Shown here: positions 11,720-24,078 of the stretch, piece by piece | Position numbering within the stretch: the first letter of the stretch is position 1 | How the letters are laid out: the number at the start of each line of letters is the position of its first letter | Assembly (NCBI RefSeq): GCF_964355755.1 | Contig: NC_092672.1 | Location: 35,532,437 to 35,596,436 of the forward strand | Length of the DNA: 64,000 nucleotides | Direction of reading: 5' to 3' | Source of the DNA: Antedon mediterranea | Taxonomy: Eukaryota > Animalia > Echinodermata | The notes under the pieces: model-generated | What the model was told of the DNA's origin: nothing | What the model saw: only the letters and a program-made list of their open reading frames with translations | Databases searched by the model: none | Program-made: the position numbers and the translations under genes

Positions 11720-12706
11720 TTATAATAGTCGGTTAAGGTATAACCTATTATTTTTTTCTGCCAAAAAGAGGCGAGAAAGTGAACCATAATTCCATTTCTT
11801 TACTTTTTTCAAAATGTGTGCTTTATAGATACAGAAGCATCCAAGAGAGAACATGTGGTCAACATATCTGTTTCCGGTACCGAGTACAATATTTTGAAAG
11901 TTTGCCTCAATTCCAAACTTATATGTGGTATAAACATTAATGTATTTCCATAAATCATTTGCTTCAGTACATTGGTAAAAGAAGTGTTTATCATCTTCTA
12001 TTACATTACATTGCAGGCAAGTGTCTGTATTATTAATATTCCATTTAAAGAGCCTTCTATTGGTAGGAATAATACAATGCAATAGTTTGAAATTTAGCTG
12101 TTTAAGTTTGTTATCTTTAATATCATTTACTTTTCTTTTCCACGTCAGTGTCCAATCGTTCGCTATATTAAAATGTGTTTCCCACTTTGTTTTACTCTTG
12201 GTTGGTTCTTTACATTTTTTTTGGATAAAAAAGAGACGAATGTTTTTACAACTCATTTTACTATACTGTATTGATATAACTTCGTTAACTTTTACATTAT
12301 CAATTTTTGAATAAAGTATATCTTTCCATTCTCGTGGTATTGCTTTTAGTAGACATGACAATTCAGCAATCCAATTCGATTTGATATTTAACAAAAATAG
12401 TAATTCATTTGTATTAATAAATCTGTTATCAATTATAATATGTTTCATCTTTGTTATACCAGATCTAATCCAATTCCTATAAAGGAGTGAGAAACCATTG
12501 TATGTTATCAAGTTGTTGCCCCATATAGGTTGTTCTATAATTTGTTCATAGGAAAGTGACATTTTGACAGAATATTGATTGAATTCAGCTAAATACTTTA
12601 ACATTGATTTATATAATAAAGGCATACTACTGTAATGTGTTTCTTTATATTTTACATTTGATATATTTTCAATAACCTCTCTTGGACCTATTTTGTTAAA
12701 ATACAA
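11720..12706 (-). mobile_element. 5'-truncated non-LTR retrotransposon (L1/Tx1-like ORF2 C-terminus)
   Basis: 328-aa ORF with FKLLHCIIPTNRRLFKW and the zinc knuckle CLQC....DDKHFFYQC (zf-RVT type). An AT-rich 3' UTR extends towards ~11040. Confidence 0.8.
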
Positions 12707-13638
12707 GTAGTTGATAATGGAGGCCTAGTCAGTCGTGATTATAACAATGGTTAACAATGGGGATAGTATAAGACAATAGAGTATATCATTTCACTAGAAT
12801 TGTTATATAGATTTGTTATATATTAATATACATTATAATATAAAATTATTAAATAATAAATAAAAAATATTTGGTGATGATTTAGTTGCTCGTGATGAGA
12901 ACAAATGGTTTACAATGGTTGAAGTCAATAGGTGTTATGTTTCGGATATAATAATACAACGGTTAACATTGAGTAAGGAAGTAAAAGATTGTTGTAAGAT
13001 TGAATTGAATTGAATTGAATTGAAATTTATATTTATACTGGGTAACCTCTTCAGTCAGATTTGATAGATATTGATGGTATAGTCCGTTTATAGGTTGTTT
13101 TTACAAAATTGTAAATATTAGTCAGCTGTACCAATTACTGAAAAACAAATTACTAGGAAGTATGAAACAATAGGTATTGTGTTTCGGGGTATATAACAAT
13201 AGAGGTATTACCGTATATTTAAATTAGTTACATGCTATCATGTTGTGTTGGTAACATTTAAAGTGGGTTAATTCAGTATGTTGGCTACTATATGCTGTAT
13301 GATATAAATTGTACAACTTGTAGTCCAGTTTTACAAAGTAAGCCTACTGAAAAGTAAATGACTACGGAAGAATAAAACAAAAGTTGCTGTGATAGTATAA
13401 ATTAGGTGTGATGTTTCAGATATATAACAATATAGGTATTATTTAATGTATTGTCGGAAATTTTAAAAAGAGATACTTATGTATGCACGTGCAGGAGTTA
13501 ATTAAAAAAATAAATAATAAGTTCATTAATGGTGTCTCGATCGAACCCACATATAATTAATAAGGGTAATTTGTTTCCGGATATTATAACAATGACAAAA
13601 AACAAAAAGATAAGAATGAATGAAGTTAAATAATAAGT

Positions 13639-14272
13639 ATGTCTTGATTAAACTATACCGGTATTGAACAAGAATTTGAAAACAGCAGTCTTAGCGGTAA
13701 CGAGGAATTTTTGTTAGAAATTCTTAATGACAACGATGAAATGGTAAGTTGAAGCAATTTGTACAAAAAAAAACAACAAAAATTTACGTATATTATTTTC
13801 CAAATGTTATTAAGAATGACTTCTTTGTTCTGTCTGTTACATGGGTTTTGTTATTTAATTTTCAGATTCGATGTATAGAAGAGTTAATTGATGATCAGAA
13901 CGAAATATGTAATGAAATGGTAAGTTACTATTTCTATAAATTTATTTTGAAAATGGTAATAATATATGATATTTAGTCTAATATAACAATTTTGTTTTAC
14001 AGTACGGTATTTTGAATATAAGTAATAATGAAGGGGAAGAAACACTTCAATTAGAGAACGACATGACAGTTCAAGGAATTTGCCGCATTGCAAGAAACAA
14101 AAGAGGTGATTTAGACGAAGAAGAAAATGTTAGAATCAAAACAGGATTTTTAAATTGAATGACATTGGGGAAGCTACTTAATGAAACAAAAGATACACGT
14201 CGGCGCTTTGATCCTAGTTGGTTCAGTGATAAGTTGTTCAAGGCCGAAAATATTACAGAAGTTCGTCACTGA
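13639..14272 (+). pseudogene. Three-exon spliced acidic-protein relic of unknown family
   Basis: Exons 13639-13743, 13866-13919 and 14003-14272. Donors are ATG|gtaagt twice and acceptors are tttcag and ttacag, all phase 0. The joined frame is interrupted only by TGA codons. Confidence 0.55.
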
Positions 14273-15240
14273 CTCATAGTGTTACGATTACAATTTAAAA
14301 CATTTACATTAAAGTCTCCAAGAATAATACTTTCTTGAGCATTGAAGTTTCCAACAGTCATAAGCAGGTTTTCTAAACAGTTAAAAAATATACCTTGTTT
14401 TGGTGGGCGATAGCAAACACCGGTTAAAATTGGCTTCGACTTTGGCAAAATTATATCAATCCATGCATTCAATATCCTCTCTGTCCAAATCATTTCTGAC
14501 TGAATATGAAATAGTATTGTGGATATATAAACACACTCCACCCCTTTTTCCATTTCTGTCCTTCCTTTCTATGGAGAAATTTTCAATTTTTATTTCAGCA
14601 TCATTGATTGAATCAAACTCACTTATTGCAATGACTGATGCGTTCGTATTTTTTGCAATATCCCGAATTTGATCGATTTTGTTACGTAAACTTCTAACGT
14701 TAAGGTGAATAAATATCAAACCCTTACCACGAAGAAGTTTACCGTACATTCTAACTCGTTGAGCAGCCTATCCTCGTTATCCAAATTGGCATTCAACAAC
14801 TCCGTGTGCGAAACATCAGATATATTAATAGTGTAATCTTCAAATAATGAATCACTGAAGTTAGGTACCATACATGAGTAGCAATGCTAATCCGAATCCG
14901 ATTTGGCAAGGCGATTATATTCTCTAATAGAGATATTCGCACATTTAATGTGGTACCATGAGTCTCATCCATCGCAGCAGATAGATACCTCGTTGATTTG
15001 ATTTCACAGATCCTGAACACAGCCACATGGATCACAAATTGTGGGTCCAGGGTTAGTCGATATATTTCCACTTAAAACAAGAATCATAAAAGCAAAATGT
15101 CTCAATAAAATTCCAAGTCGTATTGCCCGTGTTTTTGTTTTTCCTCCGTGAACGTGTTTGCGTGGATATACATTTTCTGTGCTGTGCTGTGATTCCATGT
15201 TGGCTTGTGAAGAATTCCTTTAACGGAATGTTTGTACGCA
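14266..15240 (-). mobile_element. CR1/L2-group LINE fragment: 2A-like motif, PHD relic and APE endonuclease
   Basis: Frameshifted pieces VLSGNISTNPGP-CDPC, GLIFIHLNVRSL, VIAISE, GGVCLYI, GVCYRPP and ILGDFN. Confidence 0.88.
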
Positions 15241-16051
15241 AACCATTGGAATTTCTCGGGACAGGGAAAACCGCGGATTACTCATTCTTGTGATATATAT
15301 TCTTTGACAGTACTTACAACAACGTGTACATTAACTAGAGCTAAATTAACAGACAACACATTCTAAACCGCTCGGTGATCTAGTTAGGACATCTGGATAC
15401 CGATATTTATTTGAATAAACTACCCGGGCGTTTATTGTTCAAGAGAGTTTTTAGGATCGGAGCACCGAGACCAAATCATATGCTTGGTTTCCAGAACGCA
15501 AGGACGCCATACGTAAGGGAAACGCAAGTAATTTGACCAATCACGACACGATAGATCATTAACTGTCGCTTCATGGTCAACTCGCTCGCGTTGCGCTAAC
15601 GCCATTGCGTCCTAGTGGGAACCAAACTTTAGATATTTTTTTTAAATAGTTTAACTTGAATAGAAAAATGCAACATGTTTAATGAACGAAAGTTTTAAAT
15701 AAAAAAAGCAATGGTTAAAATTAGACACGTACATTTGTATTTATTTTTTTATTTTCTGTCTTCTGCCAACACTAAATAACCTTAAAACAAATTGTTAGAG
15801 TATTTTTCACCGGAGGACATCTTTTTATGTACTAACTTTCCTGTTCCTTTGTGCTCCATTTTTTATACAAACGCTTCTCTTTCCACTGGCGAACGCAAGT
15901 ACTTAAGCGCACTCAAGTAATTTGACCAATCAGGACATGATGAATCATGTATTATCACTTGTGTCAACTCACATTGCGTTGTGGCTACGTCGTTGTGTTG
16001 TGCGTCCAATGAACAGGTTAATTAATTAACAACTTGTAGGCCTATATGACG

Positions 16052-18934
16052 TCAGAATGTTTTAGGATGACGATTACAATGCGATGTAACCAACCTAATA
16101 ACACCAGACGCATTCAGCTGTTTTAAAACTTTAAATTCCTCTGGCATGTGGTGTCCATTTTTAAAAGATGCGTTTCCGTAATAATGGTACGTGACGGGTT
16201 TCCCTTCGGCTGTTTGATTGAAAGGGTAAAATCCATACAATGATACTTTACTACACATATTTCCAGCAAGCGAAAATACGTAAAGGCTCGACGATGGCGA
16301 TGAAATTTTCCACCTCCTTAAAAAAAAGAAAAAAAGAAAGACATTTTTTTTCAAATCCAAAGTGGGCGCCTTATAGGCCTATTTTCCATTAGTATATTCC
16401 ACATAGGCCTTCCCCATGCTTGTGGCATGCAGTGCAAAGAAACCCGATTGGGCCTACTGTATTGTCTTGTGTTGGTTTCCTGTCGAAACCAGTTAGGCTG
16501 AACGTTCACATTGTGCCAATGAAGTGTATCGGCTCAGTGTGATCTTCGACTTCAATTCATTCTTTTCTTTATAAAAAGTACTAAAGCTCTGTCTAAATTC
16601 AAACTAATTTGACCAAAAAAAATATGATGATGTGCCCAAATATGGTAGTGATGTGCCCAAATATGATAGTGATGTGCCCAAATATGGTAGTGATGTGCCC
16701 AAATATGGCAGTGATGTGCCCAAATATGGTAGTGATGTACGTGCCCAAATATGGTAGTGATGTGCCCAAATATGTATATTGTAGATTACCTCGCAATCGA
16801 CTTTTTAAGTGATTTACTTGGTCGTGCTAATACAATGCTTGGCTTGAATGTGCGCATGACATTGACAATATCCATCTTGGGAGACGAGGCGCTTGCCTTT
16901 GTCACCCATATAATAGTGGAATTATTCAAATTGTTCAGATAACGATACATCATTTTGTAACAACTATCATTTTTATTCTGTGAGCACCAGCCATAATGTC
17001 TTCCCTCTTCATTGTTTATTGTCACTAATTTTGTTCTTGTTCCAACATCTTTCTCGAAACCTTCCAGTGGCGCCATATTTGAACGAAACACGTGATCATG
17101 CGCATCAATTTCCAATCCGCAATTACTCCCCTGCAGGATTCCGGAGTTTCCAATGACAGCGCACGTGTTCGCAGGTTTTATCCATGGTTCCCTGGGGCGG
17201 ATCCAGAGGGGGGGGGGGGTCCACGGGGTCCGGACCCCCCCCCTAAATTTTAAGGGTGCCCTTTTTTTAGAGGTTCAATATTTTATTCGTGTGACATATT
17301 TGTGTGTATATTAGTATGCACAGAGTAAGCTACACTAACCCCAAAAATAAAAACAGAAATTTATCACAATGAGCGCGATGTTAAGTTACGGCGGCCGATC
17401 AAAGAGCATTGTGAGAGGTGGTGATGCGTGATGATCTCTACTTAAACTTCTAAAAATAGATCGTTTCGCATACTACAGAGGGCGCATGTAAACTTTTTAC
17501 GATTCAACTCCGCGTACGTTACCATGCGCGCTCTGTCATTGACGCGATTATTTGTCCATTGGTAAACAAATTTTTATGTATTATTATTCTGAAAATAATT
17601 GAACTGTAAACATAATTCTTTTGAGTATTTGTTTATTTACATATCATTCCATCAGATCAACTATTTTTTATTTCCATTACATCCAACCAAACATGTAAAA
17701 AATGTAGTTAAAATATCGTACTATCTACCGCGTACGACCATACGCGGTAGATTGTTTACTCAAAAATCATCGAACGGTCCTTACACTATACTATTCAACC
17801 TTGTTTTTGTAGTTGAGCCTCTCATGACCTGGGATTTGTTTGTCTTCCTACGCCAAGATAATATAGTTCTACAAGCCATGTGCTTTTTTCTCTGAGAAAT
17901 ATTTATTATAAGTGCCAAAAAAATGTTTTTTTCTCGATATGAAGCCTTTATTATTCAAATCTTTTAAAGAAAAATCACACATACCATAAAGAAGGTTCAT
18001 TTATATCATTTTTGAAACAATATTTGTGAAAATTATGTGAGGCTCAACTACAAAACCACCATTTTGTGATACGATGTCATCGTAAGCCAATCAAAGCTGA
18101 GCTTTCCCGCGATCGGCGGCAGAGAGCTCACGGTTGAATGATTTTGGAATCTGGCTATTTTGGATTGGTGGACACGAATCACTCACAGCGGAATGTTTTC
18201 TCTCGCGCGCGTGTACCAAGAAGTCACGTGATCTCTCTGTACTGAACGGTACTCTACACAAATTTAGAGCAATGAATTTGTACGAATTCCGTTAAATAAA
18301 CAACTCTATATATTTTATAAACATTTAATAACATATTTTATTGATATTTCCAATGTTGATATATAAAAGAAATTACTATAAAACGTAATTATATGTAATT
18401 ATTTTAGCGAAAAATGGCGCAATTTGTTTACAACGTTCGTGGCTAAAAACGATCATTTTCGGCAATGTTTTAGACCCTATATTTCGAAAACTACAAGTCA
18501 GATTTTCGTAATTCTTTCTTTATTGGAATATTGAAACAAAATACCAACAGATAATGTTTAAATTGGTTGAAAAATAACAACTTTTAATTTTGCATCGTTA
18601 TCCCTGCTAATAAAGTGTCATTTCCGGCGAACTAGAAAGGTGCCATTTATCATGGATTTTGCGTGCGAGAGTGCCATTTCCGGCCATCTAAGTGTGTCCT
18701 GTAACAAAATTCGCTTCGCCACAACCCCCACCATGGGGGGGCTGTGGCTCAAATACTCAATATCTGATGTGCCCTTTTTATCGGCGGACCCCCCCCCCCC
18801 TCCTCTCAAAAATGTCTGGATCCGCCCCAGGTTCCCCATTGGCTTGAGCTGTTTCGGTGTAAGTTTGGTTTGATATCTGATCGTTAGGATAGACACGGAG
18901 CAATCTAATCGGCGAAAACCCCTTTAAACTTTTT
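16052..18934 (-). pseudogene. Alpha-2,8-sialyltransferase-like copy B, disrupted
   Basis: Near-identical to copy A (exons 18934-16790 and 16316-16052). A 1.64-kb TIR element sits inside the motif-L exon, and motif S PSSG is changed to PSSS. Confidence 0.9.
17192..18830. mobile_element. Non-autonomous DNA transposon with TIRs and TSD
   Basis: Termini ctggggcggatccaga / tctggatccgccccag. The flanking gttcc is duplicated relative to the empty site in copy A (tccatggttccccattgg). Confidence 0.9.
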
Positions 18935-19569
18935 CTGTAGAAAAAAAGACATGCTTTACTGAATAAACGAAATATAGTTGCCTCAACGTACACATCCAGC
19001 AAAACATTTTGATTTCATGTTCCCGCCTAAATATATTTTCTTTTTCTATCTGTAAAATATTGACTTCCATGTTTATTTATTTATTTGGATGTATACCTTT
19101 AGATCGGTAGCACACTTACAGTACAAAGGTGCATTTTGTAGTGCAAATTTTACATAGGCCTACAGAAAAGGCAAAAAAAGAAGAAAAACCAAATCAAATG
19201 AAAACATAACATTAAATCTATTAATTCGTAACATAATTATCCTCAAACCCACAAAATCGTAAGTCTTTAAATTTATACTCTGTTAAAGTTATCAAAATTA
19301 CTGTTAATTGATTTAGCGTACGGTATAAAGCCATAGTTTTATTTCTGGTTAATGTTAGCTTATAATACAATACTCTAATACCTATAAGTTCAAGTTCAAT
19401 AACTTTTATTCAATAATAATAATAGTATGGTATTGTTATTATTCGGATCAAGAAAACGAAACAGATTGTTTAATATCATTTTCTAGTCTTTTCCACAAAT
19501 GCAGACCTGTTACAGTGATAAATAATTGACTTTTTCTGAGTTTAAAAAAAGGAACATAAGTTATAACTT

Positions 19570-19943
19570 AGAAACCAATAACTTGTTTCCAACTGGGGAA
19601 CCAATAGCTTGGTTCCAACTTGGGAACCAATAGCTTGGTTCCAACTTGGGAATCAATAGCTTGGTTGTAACGTGGGAACCAATAACTTAGTTCCAACTTG
19701 GGAAGAACCAAACAACTCGGTCCCAACTTGGGAACCAGTAGCTTGGTTCCAACGTGGGAACCAATAACTTAGTTCCAACTTGGGAACCAAACAACTCGGT
19801 CCCAACTTGGGAACCAATAGCTTGGTTCCAACGTGGGAACCAATAACTTAGTTCCAACTTGGGAACCAAACAACTCGGTCCCAACTTGGGAACCAGTAGC
19901 TTGGTTCTAACTTAGGAACCAAACAACTTGGTTCCAACTTGGT
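19570..19943. repeat. 26-bp palindromic minisatellite, copy B array with variant units
   Basis: Same unit as 9812-10088, plus variants such as gaaccaaacaactcggtccc and aacgtgggaaccaataacttag. Confidence 0.92.
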
Positions 19944-20289
19944 CCAGGTGACTGACGAAACATCACGTAAACTGACCCAACTCTACTTGTTCCTAGATCG
20001 CGCGCAAAAACTTGTAGTATGCGGCGGTGAATACAAGTAAATTAATGTGTATATAATTAATGCAAGAGAAACAATAAACACACACTTTGTACTGGCCGAC
20101 GCCATCGCAAATTAATAAAATGTAACTCTGCAAAAAGAGGATCAGATTGAGGGGGCTATACATTATTAATCATGCACAAGTATTCATGTATACTTAAGCC
20201 CTGTCTGCACTATTTAATTTGGTAAAAAGATAGAATATTTTGGCACACTTTTATTTTCTTGTGTTTAGCCAAAACTAGGCCTATCTAAA

Positions 20290-20980
20290 AAGTATTTTTT
20301 CACCGAAGGACATATTTGTATGTAATAAAGTTTCTTTTCGTGCACCATATAATTATTTTATTCAGGTGCTTGGTTTCCACTTGGCGCGCAACGCAAGGAC
20401 GTAAGCGCACGCAAGCAATTTGGCCATAAAGGACGCGATAGATCATCCGTATTATCGGTTGTGATTGGTCAACTCATCTGCGTTGACTACGTCGTTGTGT
20501 TGTGCGTCCAATGAACAGATTAATTGATATGGTTAAATGCAACTCGTAGGCCTATGGATGTCAGAATGTTTTAGAATGACGATTACAAGGCGATGTAACC
20601 AACAAAGAAAAAGAACTATTTTATTAGTCGCCTGCAACGCGACTCTACAGCTCACTATATCGGTCGGTCGGTCGGCAAACACTAACTCAAATTTTGAGCA
20701 TGCAGTCATGTATATTGCCTTATTACAAAAATAATTACCGGTTAACGATTGTAGTAATTGAAACACATTATACATTCTCTTTTATAACATTATACGCAGG
20801 CTTTATTTTTAAGGCTTTATTATCGTTCTGCTTCTCACCACCGTCGAAATAAGTGTGGTTTTTGCAAACGGTTATATTGTATAATAGATAATAGAAACAT
20901 TCTTTTATGTTGACCTGTATTGGCACCTCTGTTTATTCATGTATGCTATTATTGTCTTTTAAATACGGTACGATATGCGT
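20290..20980 (-). pseudogene. Third sialyltransferase unit (copy C): 3' end joined to the upstream flank
   Basis: 20290-20603 resembles the 3' UTR and last codons (LVTSPCNRHSKTF*). 20604-20980 resembles 10435-10765. The whole gene body is missing. Confidence 0.75.
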
Positions 20981-21029
20981 ATTTGTTATAATAACTACAA
21001 TCTACACTACATGCGTTACGTCGAAGTGA

Positions 21030-21143
21030 AAACCAAGCTTGGTTTCAACTTGGAAACCAAAAAAACGTGGTTCCAACTTAGGAACCAAACAACTTGGTTC
21101 CAACTTGGGAACCAAACAACTTGGTTCCAACTTGAGAACCAAA
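21030..21143. repeat. Short array of the 26/27-bp palindromic repeat
   Basis: ggaaccaaacaacttggttccaactt units, ~4 copies. Confidence 0.85.
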
Positions 21144-21234
21144 GGCCAGTCAATCTAGCATTTTGAGTGAAACAAATTGCAAACAGAGATTTTTTTTTAA
21201 AATGGCTACATATGATAAGGTGATTATTTTTTGA

Positions 21235-22820
21235 GCATCACACCTCTGACACAATTAGCTTAAATATGCAAATTAGGGTGAAATTAAAGGGTTACCATAT
21301 CTTAAAAACTACTAATCGTAGAGAGTTCATTTTTGCACAGTCTGGTTCAGAATATATATATATATTTATATTTGCTCTAATGAGACATTTTACATAAAAA
21401 TGTCCGGAAGTACCAAATTTTGACCCTTGACCCCATTTCTCAATATTTACATATGTGATTAAAATTTCTGTAGAGACTTTATTTTGGACTCAATGACTTG
21501 GATATTGTTTTTCAATACCCCCCATAGAACTGTATTATAATTCCCAAAATCACAACTTCGTCACGCACCTCGAAAGTATGCAAATTAGTAGTACAAGTAA
21601 TATTAAATATGCAAATTTGGGATTGAAATTACAGCGTTGCCATATCTCGAAAACCGCTAATGATAGGGTGTTGATTTTTTCACTAAAATATTTAAAATGT
21701 ATATATTTATATTTGCTGTAATGAGACATTTTACAAAGAAATGCCCGGAAGTATGACATTTGACCCTCGACCCCATTTCTCAATATTGCATAATATATAA
21801 TGAAAACTAAAATGTCTGTAGAGACTTTGTTTTGCCCTCAAATGACTCGGATACAGGTTTCTAATAGCCAACATAGGAATGTTTAGTAAATCTCAAAATC
21901 ACACCTGTATCACTCACTTTCAAAGTATGCAAATTATTAGTACAAGTTACATGAAATATGCAAATTAGGGGGTGAAATTACAGGTTCCTATATGTATCGA
22001 AAACCGCTAAGGTAGAGAGTTGATTTTTTCAAAAACTTGTTCAGAATGTACATATTTATATTTGCTCTAATGAAACATTTTACGAAAATATGACCGGAAA
22101 TACAACAATTGACCCTTGACCATATTTATCAATGTTTGCATACATAAGGCGACTAAAATGTCTGTAGATAATTTTTTTTTCAAATGACTCGGATACAGTT
22201 TTCCTATTGTCAGCATAGGACCTCTTTGTAATTCCCAAAATCACATCTTTGTCACACACCTTGAAAGTATGAAAATTATTAGTACAAGTTACATGAAATA
22301 TGCAAATTAGGGGTGAAATTACAGTCTTCCCATATCTCGAAAACCATTAATGCTAGAGAATTGATTTGAATTCAGAGTTGATTCAGAATGTACATATTTA
22401 TATTCGCTGTAATGAAACATTTTACGCAAAAATTGTCTTGATTGAATTATGACATTTGACTCTCGACCCTATTTCTCAATATTTTCATATAATTCAACTA
22501 AAATATCTGTACAGACTGTTTTGGCCTCAAATGCCTCAGACACAGGTTTTCTATAGCCAGCATAGAACTGTTAGTAATTCTCAAAATCACACCTTTGTTA
22601 CTTCCCTAGAAAATATGCAAATTAGTAGTGCAAGAGGTGAAAGTTGCCATATCTCTATCGGTCATTAGCGTTTTTCGAGATACATAAGGCTGTAATTTGC
22701 ATATTTCATATAACTTGTACTAATAATTTGCATACTTTCGAGTTGCTTGACTTTTGGAATTACTAAACGATCCTATACTGGCTATATAAAACCTGTATCC
22801 AAGTCATTTGAGGCATACAT
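21235..22820. repeat. Degenerate ~345-bp tandem array ending in an inverted partial unit
   Basis: The motif aaatatgcaaattaggg(g)tgaaatta recurs near 21262, 21606, 21955, 22297 and 22612. Segment 22670-22815 is the reverse complement of part of the unit. Confidence 0.8.
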
Positions 22821-24078
22821 TAAGAACAAAAGTGGGCCCAATATAATATTTTTTCCACGTTGAAAGAGTACCACAATTATTAACTACATGCCATCTATCT
22901 GTTAAATATGATTGAAACCAAATTATTGCTGTTTGAGACAATCCTAATGCTCTCATTTTGCCTAGTAAAATCTGATGGTCTACAGTATCGAAAGCCTTTT
23001 GTAGGTCTAAGACAATCATACCTGTTAAATTACCTTTATCCCAATTCTTTTTAATATGGTCAGTTAGGTGAATTAAACAAAGATTCATCGAAAAATCGGC
23101 TTGGAAACCACATTGGAAATCATAGATAAGTGATTTAGTATTAAGGTATTCCATCAATTGGTCATGTACTAGTCTTTCAACAACTTTAGAAAAAGCCGAG
23201 AGTATAGACACCGGACGGTAGTTACCAACCACCGTTTTACTACCCAAGCTTCTTGTGAATTGGGATGACTTACGCCAATTTCCATTCTTTGGGTACAATA
23301 CCTGATGTAAAGGACAACTTAATAATATGTGTTAATGGTTTTGCTATTGCAGAAGCCCCATCTTTGAATATTTTGGCTGGTAAAGTATCTATTCCGGTAG
23401 CCTTACTCGTCGATAATTGTGTCAAAGCTTTAAGAACATTATCTTCAGATAATTCTATGAAAGAAAAATCATTAGGAAAGACACCTTTGCTACTGTAAAA
23501 GACATTGACATGTTCCAAGTTATAAGTATTACTAGGAGGGTCAAGTTTGTTTACTAGCTCTCCAGCAACGTTGGTTGTACAAGTACGAATTAAATTCTTC
23601 AGCAACTTCTTTCTTATCATGACATTATCGATCTCAAGACTAACCTGTTTCTAGTCATTATTATTTGATTTAGAGGTTCCAAGACCTTTAAGAACTTTCC
23701 ATAATTGTTTTAGTTTGTATTTATTTTCTTGAAGTTGTTTAGAGTAAAAATTTACTTTAGCTTTTTTAATTTCATAATTTACACTATTTCGGAGTTTTCT
23801 AAAAACTCTTGAGATGCATCACATCCTTTGTACTACGATATCTAATTAACATTTTGTCTCTTTGCCTAATATGATCTCTTAATTCGGAGTCAAACCAGGG
23901 TTGATCTTTTATTTTGACCCTTACTTTTTTTTAGAACTCAATTGAATCAACTATACGCATAAACTTATCTTTAAATGTATCCCATGAAGATTGCACACAA
24001 GTTAATACAATCTGACCAGTCAATACTATTAAGCATATGAGTCAGTGAATCAGAACTGTAATTTTTCATTGATCTAAC
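22820..24078 (-). mobile_element. CR1/L2-group LINE reverse transcriptase fragment
   Basis: Frameshifted KATGIDTLP, G.VP.EWKLA, NYRPVSILS..SKV.ER, Q.GF and LDLQKAFDTVDH. The fragment starts in the EN-RT linker (RSMKNY..IDWS). Confidence 0.9.

Noticed and set aside
14266-14278. 13-bp inverted match tcactgactcata with ~24036-24048 as an inversion breakpoint
   Set aside because: Too short in AT-rich DNA, and the flanks show no extended inverted homology.
16599-16812. MCPNMVV repeat ORFs (also 8488-8739)
   Set aside because: They are translations of the 21-bp internal unit of a dispersed MITE inside an intron.
17319-18617. CAC...GTG termini suggesting a nested Transib or Chapaev element
   Set aside because: The inverted match does not extend convincingly and no target duplication flanks it.
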